Source: Thermodesulfobacteriota bacterium (lineage in GTDB: Bacteria; Desulfobacterota_D; UBA1144; Nemesobacterales; Mycalebacteriaceae). Taken from it: 64,000 nucleotides of DNA. The translations under genes and the position numbers were made by a program. The notes under the pieces were generated by a model. It made no database searches. It was not told the origin of the DNA and saw only the letters and a program-made list of their open reading frames with translations. Below are positions 59,159 through 64,000 of the stretch, piece by piece (the stretch's first letter is position 1; every line of letters starts with the position of its first letter). The stretch covers positions 128,001-192,000 of the forward strand of contig OZ245366.1 of the NCBI GenBank assembly GCA_965226585.1. Direction: 5' to 3'.

Positions 59159-60606
59159 TCCACCAGAGTTCTGACACCGAACCCGGACGCGCCTTTGGGA
59201 TACCAGTCGTTTCCCCTTTCAAGATAGGCGGGACCGGCGATGTCCAGATGCGCCCAAGGGGTGTCTGAAACAAAATGCTCAAGGAAAAGCGCGGCGGTTA
59301 TCGCCCCGCCCCAGCGGTTTCCGGCGTTTTTAATGTCGGCGATATCGCTCTCTATGTCTTTGCGAAGATCTGCCGAAAGGGGAAGTTCCCAAACATTTTC
59401 GCCCGCGCGGGCGGATGAGCGTTTGATGCCGTTTATAACTTTTTCGCTGTTTCCCATAACTCCCGCCGTGTTCATTCCGAGGGCAACCACGCACGCCCCC
59501 GTGAGTGTGGCGAGGTCTATTATCTCCTTCGCGCCCTCCTCAACCGCGTAGCTGAGCGCGTCTGCGAGAACCACGCGCCCTTCGGCGTCTGTGTTGACAA
59601 TCTCAACCGTTTTCCCATTCATCGGTCTGACCACATCATCCGGTCTGTAGGCGGAGGGTCCGGTCATGTTTTCCGCAGAACCCACAATTCCGTGAACGGT
59701 AACGGAGGGCTTCAAGCCGGCAACCGCTTTCATCGCCCCTATAACCGCCGCCGCCCCGGACATATCCATCTTCATCGTTCTCATCGCTTCGGCGGGCTTG
59801 AGGCTCAGACCGCCGGAATCAAAAGTGATTCCTTTGCCGACAATGGCAAGCGGCCGCGAGCGTTTCGCGCGGGCGGGGCGGTAGGTCATGTGTATCAGGC
59901 GCGGAGGATTTGAGCTTCCCGCGCCCACGGCGAGAATTCCGCCCATGCCCTTTTCCTCCATCTCGTGCGGGTGGATTACAGAGCACTCAAGGCCTGAGTC
60001 AGAGCACATCTCCTGCGCGCGGTCGGCAAGGGCGGCGGGCGTGAGATTTGCGGGCGGTTCGTTGACGAGGTCTCTGCACATACGCACCGCTGACGCAACG
60101 CTTTCCGAACGTAGAGCGGACGATTTGAAAGACTTTTCGCTCACGCCCGAAACCACTGATATTTCGTCCGCACCTGATTGGGGGGCGGGTTCGCTTTTGT
60201 ATCTGGAAAATTCGTAGGAGCCGAGCAGCGCGCCCTCCATAAGAGCGCGAAGCGCGGGGGTGCTGTTTGAAACCGGAAAATCAAGGACGAGTTTTTTTAC
60301 GTGAGAGCCCGCGTTTTTTGCCGCAACCGAAGCGGCTTTGAAAAAATCTGCGGGGTCGGAAAACGATTTTCTTTTTCCAAGACCGGCAACCATCAATTCT
60401 GCGGCGGCAATTCCGCCCATTGTGTCAATCCTGAAAAAACTTCCGAGCCGCAAACCCCTTGAGCGTTCCACCCCCCGTGAAACGGCTCCGCGCAGTTTCC
60501 GGTCAATCGCGGCAAGCCGCTTCTCCTCTCCGTCATAAATTCCCGCGACAAGCAGGTCTGCCTTTACCCTCTGCGGGTCTTTTTTTATCAAACTGAACTT
60601 TGCCAT
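59140..60606 (-). CDS. pepA: Leucyl aminopeptidase (M17)
   Basis: GKGITFDSGG, MKMDMSG, NTDAEGR and WAHLDIAG motifs; ATG 60606 follows AGGAG. Confidence 0.96.
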   Translation of the reverse strand: MAKFSLIKKDPQRVKADLLVAGIYDGEEKRLAAIDRKLRGAVSRGVERSRGLRLGSFFRIDTMGGIAAAELMVAGLGKRKSFSDPADFFKAASVAAKNAGSHVKKLVLDFPVSNSTPALRALMEGALLGSYEFSRYKSEPAPQSGADEISVVSGVSEKSFKSSALRSESVASAVRMCRDLVNEPPANLTPAALADRAQEMCSDSGLECSVIHPHEMEEKGMGGILAVGAGSSNPPRLIHMTYRPARAKRSRPLAIVGKGITFDSGGLSLKPAEAMRTMKMDMSGAAAVIGAMKAVAGLKPSVTVHGIVGSAENMTGPSAYRPDDVVRPMNGKTVEIVNTDAEGRVVLADALSYAVEEGAKEIIDLATLTGACVVALGMNTAGVMGNSEKVINGIKRSSARAGENVWELPLSADLRKDIESDIADIKNAGNRWGGAITAALFLEHFVSDTPWAHLDIAGPAYLERGNDWYPKGASGFGVRTLVDYISEK

Positions 60607-60616
60607 AACTTCTCCT

Positions 60617-61438
60617 TTATAAATTCTCGTCCCGCCGTCCGGCGGTTTCAAACAATCTATCAGAAACCAGAGAAAATTCTTCAAGCCCCACGGTTTCCGC
60701 CCTTCTCTCCCCTTCAACCCCGGCGGCTTTGAGGGCGTCTTCAACCTCCGAGCGCGGGAAAACGGAAAGCAGGGAATTGCGTATCATCTTCCTGCGCCCC
60801 GAAAAAGCGGCGCGAACCGTCTTTGCGTAAAACCTCTCGCTTTTCAGGGCAAATCGCGTTTTTTCAAGCGGCGTGAGCCGGACAACCGAAGAAGTAACCG
60901 CGGGGCGGGGCGTGAAAAGTTCCGGGGAAACGTCAAAAAGTTTTTCCACATCAAACGTCATCTGAAAGTTGACTGTAAGCGCGCCGTATGATTTGCCCCC
61001 CGGCGAGGCGGCAAGCCTCAGGGCGACCTCTTTTTGAAGCATTACAACGGCAACTGAAAAAATGCCTCTGCTCTCAGCAAGCAGACGTAGAACACCCGAT
61101 GAAATTCCGTACGGAAGGTTGGAAACCAGTTTCAGCGGGCGTCCCGAATAAAACCTTTCTAATCCCGTTTTCATTACATCGCCCGGCACAAGCGTGAACC
61201 TTTCATCCGCCTTTATATCTTCGGGGAAAATCTCCACGAGGCGCGTGTCTTTTTCGAGCGAGAGGAGAGTTTTGCAGTTTTTCAAAAGGGCGCGGGTGAG
61301 GGTTCCGTATCCGGGACCTATCTCAATCACATCGTCTGAGCCGTCAAGTTTTGCGGCGGCGCACATTCTTTCAAGTGTCGGGACATGCCTGAGGAAGTTC
61401 TGACCCAGCCGTTTTGCGGGCTTGAGAGGAAGAGACAT
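60617..61438 (-). CDS. rsmA: 16S rRNA A1518/A1519 dimethyltransferase
   Basis: LGQNFL, IEIGPGYG, SNLPY, MLQKEVA and FTPRPAVTS motifs. Confidence 0.96.
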   Translation of the reverse strand: MSLPLKPAKRLGQNFLRHVPTLERMCAAAKLDGSDDVIEIGPGYGTLTRALLKNCKTLLSLEKDTRLVEIFPEDIKADERFTLVPGDVMKTGLERFYSGRPLKLVSNLPYGISSGVLRLLAESRGIFSVAVVMLQKEVALRLAASPGGKSYGALTVNFQMTFDVEKLFDVSPELFTPRPAVTSSVVRLTPLEKTRFALKSERFYAKTVRAAFSGRRKMIRNSLLSVFPRSEVEDALKAAGVEGERRAETVGLEEFSLVSDRLFETAGRRDENL

Positions 61439-61442
61439 TTTT

Positions 61443-61721
61443 TCAGCGGCGGAAGATAAATATCTTCTCGCCCCCCTTTATGAGACCAAGTTTTTCCCGT
61501 ATAAGCCTTTCCGTGTGTCTGTCGTCTGAGCCGTTTTTCTCTGCGGAATCTGAAAGCGCGTTCAGTCTGTCTCTGCGGACGGTGAGTTCCTCTATACGTT
61601 TTTCAAGCCCGGAGTTCTCACGCTTCAGCACGGAAAGTTTCCTGAACTCAAAGGCGTAGAGAACACAGAATACCGCCACAAAGGCAAGCGCGAAAAATCT
61701 GATAAAACGGGGAAGATCCAT
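61443..61721 (-). CDS. Septum formation initiator (FtsB/DivIC-like)
   Basis: N-terminal TM, coiled coil, ERLIREKLGLIKGGEKIF tail. Confidence 0.8.
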   Translation of the reverse strand: MDLPRFIRFFALAFVAVFCVLYAFEFRKLSVLKRENSGLEKRIEELTVRRDRLNALSDSAEKNGSDDRHTERLIREKLGLIKGGEKIFIFRR

Positions 61722-61905
61722 AGAACGAACTTCCGCCCGTGAAAAATCGGGCGACACCGGAATTGCAGAGAATACTTGATTGACGCTTTGAAACCAAAAC
61801 CGGACGGGGATTTCTCTGCTCTTCTGCTTGTGAAACCAGCCAGACGCCTGTATCATTCGCACAAGTCCGGAGGGCGTGAAAACAAGGCTTGCGGACGGAG
61901 AAAAC

Positions 61906-62928
61906 ATGGCAAAAACAGCTTTGATAACCGGCATCGCCGGACAAGACGGTTCGTATCTGGCGAAGCTTCTTCTGGACAAGGGCTACAGGGTCATCGGGGG
62001 AGACCGCCGGACATCCCGCGGCAGTTTCTGGCGAATGGACGCGAGCGGAATCCGCGACAAAATAGAGTCTGTTTATTTTGAACTGACCGAACTCACAAAC
62101 ATCCGCCGGATGGTGAAGAGATACGCCCCCGATGAGATATACAACCTCGCGGCGCAGTCTTTTGTGCCGGCAAGTTTTGAACTCCCTCTCTCAACTGTTG
62201 ACACAACCGGAACCTCAGTTTTCCGCATACTGGAAACCGTAAGAGACATAAACCCCGAAATCAGGTTCTATCAGGCGTCAACTTCGGAGATGTTCGGCAA
62301 GGTGGCGGAAACGCCGCAGACTGAAAAAACCCCCTTCTACCCGCGCAGTCCCTACGGCATATCAAAACTTCTGGCGCACTGGGCAACAGTCAATTACCGC
62401 GAGTCATACGGGATTTACGCGGCAAGCGGAATACTGTTCAACCACGAGTCCCCTCTCAGAAGCGAGGAGTTTGTAAGCCGCAAAATTACTTCGGGTCTGG
62501 CAAAGGTGAAAAGCGGCATGGCGGAAACGGTTGAGCTCGGCAACCTTGAAGCGAGAAGAGACTGGGGATTTGCGGGCGACTATGTGGAGGCGATGTGGCT
62601 TATGCTTCAGGCAGACCGGGCGGATGACTACGTGATAGCCACGGGGGAAACCCATTCGGTGAGAGAGTTTGTTGACATAGCGGCTCCGCACTTCGGGTTC
62701 GACATCGAGTGGGAAGGGGAAAATGAGAACGAGAGGGGAATTGACAAAAAAACCGGCAGGGAAATTATCAGTGTAAATCCGGATTTTTTCCGCCCCGCCG
62801 AAGTGTCTTTCCTTCAGGGCGATTCAAGCAAGGCGCGTGAAAAACTGGGCTGGGAGCCGAAAGTGCCTTTTGAAAAACTCGTGGAAATGATGGCATTGAA
62901 CGACCTTGAGATAACAAAAAACGCCTGA
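61906..62928 (+). CDS. gmd: GDP-mannose 4,6-dehydratase
   Basis: ALITGIAGQDGSYL, YQASTSEMFG, YPRSPYG, LFNHESP and RDWGFAGDY motifs. Confidence 0.97.
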   Translation: MAKTALITGIAGQDGSYLAKLLLDKGYRVIGGDRRTSRGSFWRMDASGIRDKIESVYFELTELTNIRRMVKRYAPDEIYNLAAQSFVPASFELPLSTVDTTGTSVFRILETVRDINPEIRFYQASTSEMFGKVAETPQTEKTPFYPRSPYGISKLLAHWATVNYRESYGIYAASGILFNHESPLRSEEFVSRKITSGLAKVKSGMAETVELGNLEARRDWGFAGDYVEAMWLMLQADRADDYVIATGETHSVREFVDIAAPHFGFDIEWEGENENERGIDKKTGREIISVNPDFFRPAEVSFLQGDSSKAREKLGWEPKVPFEKLVEMMALNDLEITKNA

Positions 62929-62946
62929 AAACCTTTCCCGTAAATA

Positions 62947-63579
62947 TCAGTAGCCGTGCAGAAACGGGTTGGATTCCTTTTCAATTCCGATTGTGGTGGC
63001 GGGCCCGTGCCCGGAAAGAACATGGTGGGTGTCGGGATAGACAAGCAATTTTTCTCTGATTGAGCCCACAAGTTCGCCCATTGTTGTTCCGCCGGTAAGG
63101 TCAACCCTTCCAACGCTTCCGGCAAAAAGAGTGTCGCCCGATATAATCACGTCATTAACAACAAGGCAGATGCTTCCCCATGTGTGCCCGGGCACAAGAA
63201 GCACATCGGCTTCAAGCCCTCCGATTTTGATTTTCTGCCCCTCCTCAACGTATTCCTCAACTTCGGGAGTTTTAACGTCTCCGAAAGCGGGATACCTTCG
63301 GCACGCTTCGGGCAGTATGTCCAGAACGGGCTGTTCTTTTTCGTGAATGCTGAAAGGAACTTTAAGCAGATCTTTCGCGGTCTGCACACCGGCAACATGG
63401 TCTATATGCGTGTGCGTGTTGACTATGCGGGTTATCTTGAGGCCGGTTTTCTCAACCTCCGCCATTATCTCGGCTATCTGTTCTCCGGGGTCTATGAGGA
63501 TGCCTTCGCCTTTCTCCTCATCGCCCACGATGTAGCAGTTTGTGAGGAACATCCCTCCGGCAACGCATCTTATTATCAC
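62947..63579 (-). CDS. MBL-fold metallo-hydrolase (glyoxalase II/YcbL-like)
   Basis: THTHIDH, PGHT, SGDTLF and GHG motifs. Confidence 0.92.
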   Translation of the reverse strand: MIIRCVAGGMFLTNCYIVGDEEKGEGILIDPGEQIAEIMAEVEKTGLKITRIVNTHTHIDHVAGVQTAKDLLKVPFSIHEKEQPVLDILPEACRRYPAFGDVKTPEVEEYVEEGQKIKIGGLEADVLLVPGHTWGSICLVVNDVIISGDTLFAGSVGRVDLTGGTTMGELVGSIREKLLVYPDTHHVLSGHGPATTIGIEKESNPFLHGY

Positions 63580-63622
63580 AGTCTCACCTTGAGTCCGAGA
63601 CTACCCACGACCACAGCCGGTG

Positions 63623-64000
63623 TCAAAACTGTTTGCCCTCAGCCTCATAAAGCGACCACTTGCCGCTTCGCGCAACCATCCGGAACGGGCCCAGAGAATC
63701 CTGTTTTTCAAATCTGTCTCCGCGCGCGAGAACGTATTTGTAGCAGCAGGCATAATCCTTCCAGTTTGGACGCCCCAGAACTTCACGCATATCAAGCCGG
63801 GAACGGTACCATATCGGGAACGCCGGATTCATAAGGTAGGGGCTCGCCCCGCCGCCGACAACGGAGTGGTAGTATTCGGGAACGTGTTCATGAAACTGAT
63901 AGAAATAGGACGGGTCGATATGAACACTTTTTCCGTTTTCCACGACTGGAAGGACGGTGGAGTTTTTCTCCATCCGCTCGAGAACGGGCTGAATTTCCGC
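63623..64000 (-). CDS. Hypothetical protein, C-terminal fragment (5' end lies outside the window)
   Basis: Frame is open to the window edge (AEIQPVLERMEK...); no motif recognised. Confidence 0.6.
   Translation of the reverse strand, partial: AEIQPVLERMEKNSTVLPVVENGKSVHIDPSYFYQFHEHVPEYYHSVVGGGASPYLMNPAFPIWYRSRLDMREVLGRPNWKDYACCYKYVLARGDRFEKQDSLGPFRMVARSGKWSLYEAEGKQF

Noticed and set aside
61722..61979. Extended 178-aa version of the FtsB-like ORF
   Set aside because: The extension overlaps gmd and its promoter region; the family-like sequence starts at ATG 61721.

Overview
Bacterial chromosome segment made mostly of GC-rich housekeeping genes. In order: aroQ-recJ-trkAH-ribF-aroE-purU; oadGAB; rpmH-rnpA-yidD-yidC-jag-cobB; a thiolase-like/DUF35/MaoC trio; phhB; putP; secA; smc; cofD-rrf2-sufBCD-ferredoxin; rho; yebC-ruvCAB; argS; ffh-rpsP-khpA-rimM-trmD-rplS; polA; pepA; rsmA; gmd. 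Outer-membrane barrels indicate a diderm. Na+-coupled enzymes, an F420 gene and a TrmD-Tm1570 fusion suggest a deep-branching, Deltaproteobacteria-related and possibly marine lineage (inference only). The main accessory element is a ~7 kb AT-richer island between secA and smc (~26.35-33.34 kb): a 12-bp tandem repeat, a Fic-HTH gene, a ~780-aa divergent GHKL ATPase, a C5 cytosine methyltransferase, a MORC-type GHKL ATPase fused to a TIGR02391/HEPN-like RxxxxH domain, Vsr, and an orphan hicB. No restriction endonuclease is recognisable, so this is a candidate non-canonical, methylation-linked defence system. Other notable signals are a Thermotoga-like insert in SecA, several apparently leaderless genes, a DUF35 protein lacking its zinc ligands, and a palindrome ahead of the Rrf2-suf operon. 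No rRNA, tRNA, CRISPR array or transposase was recognised. All calls come from reading motifs by eye; no searches were run.
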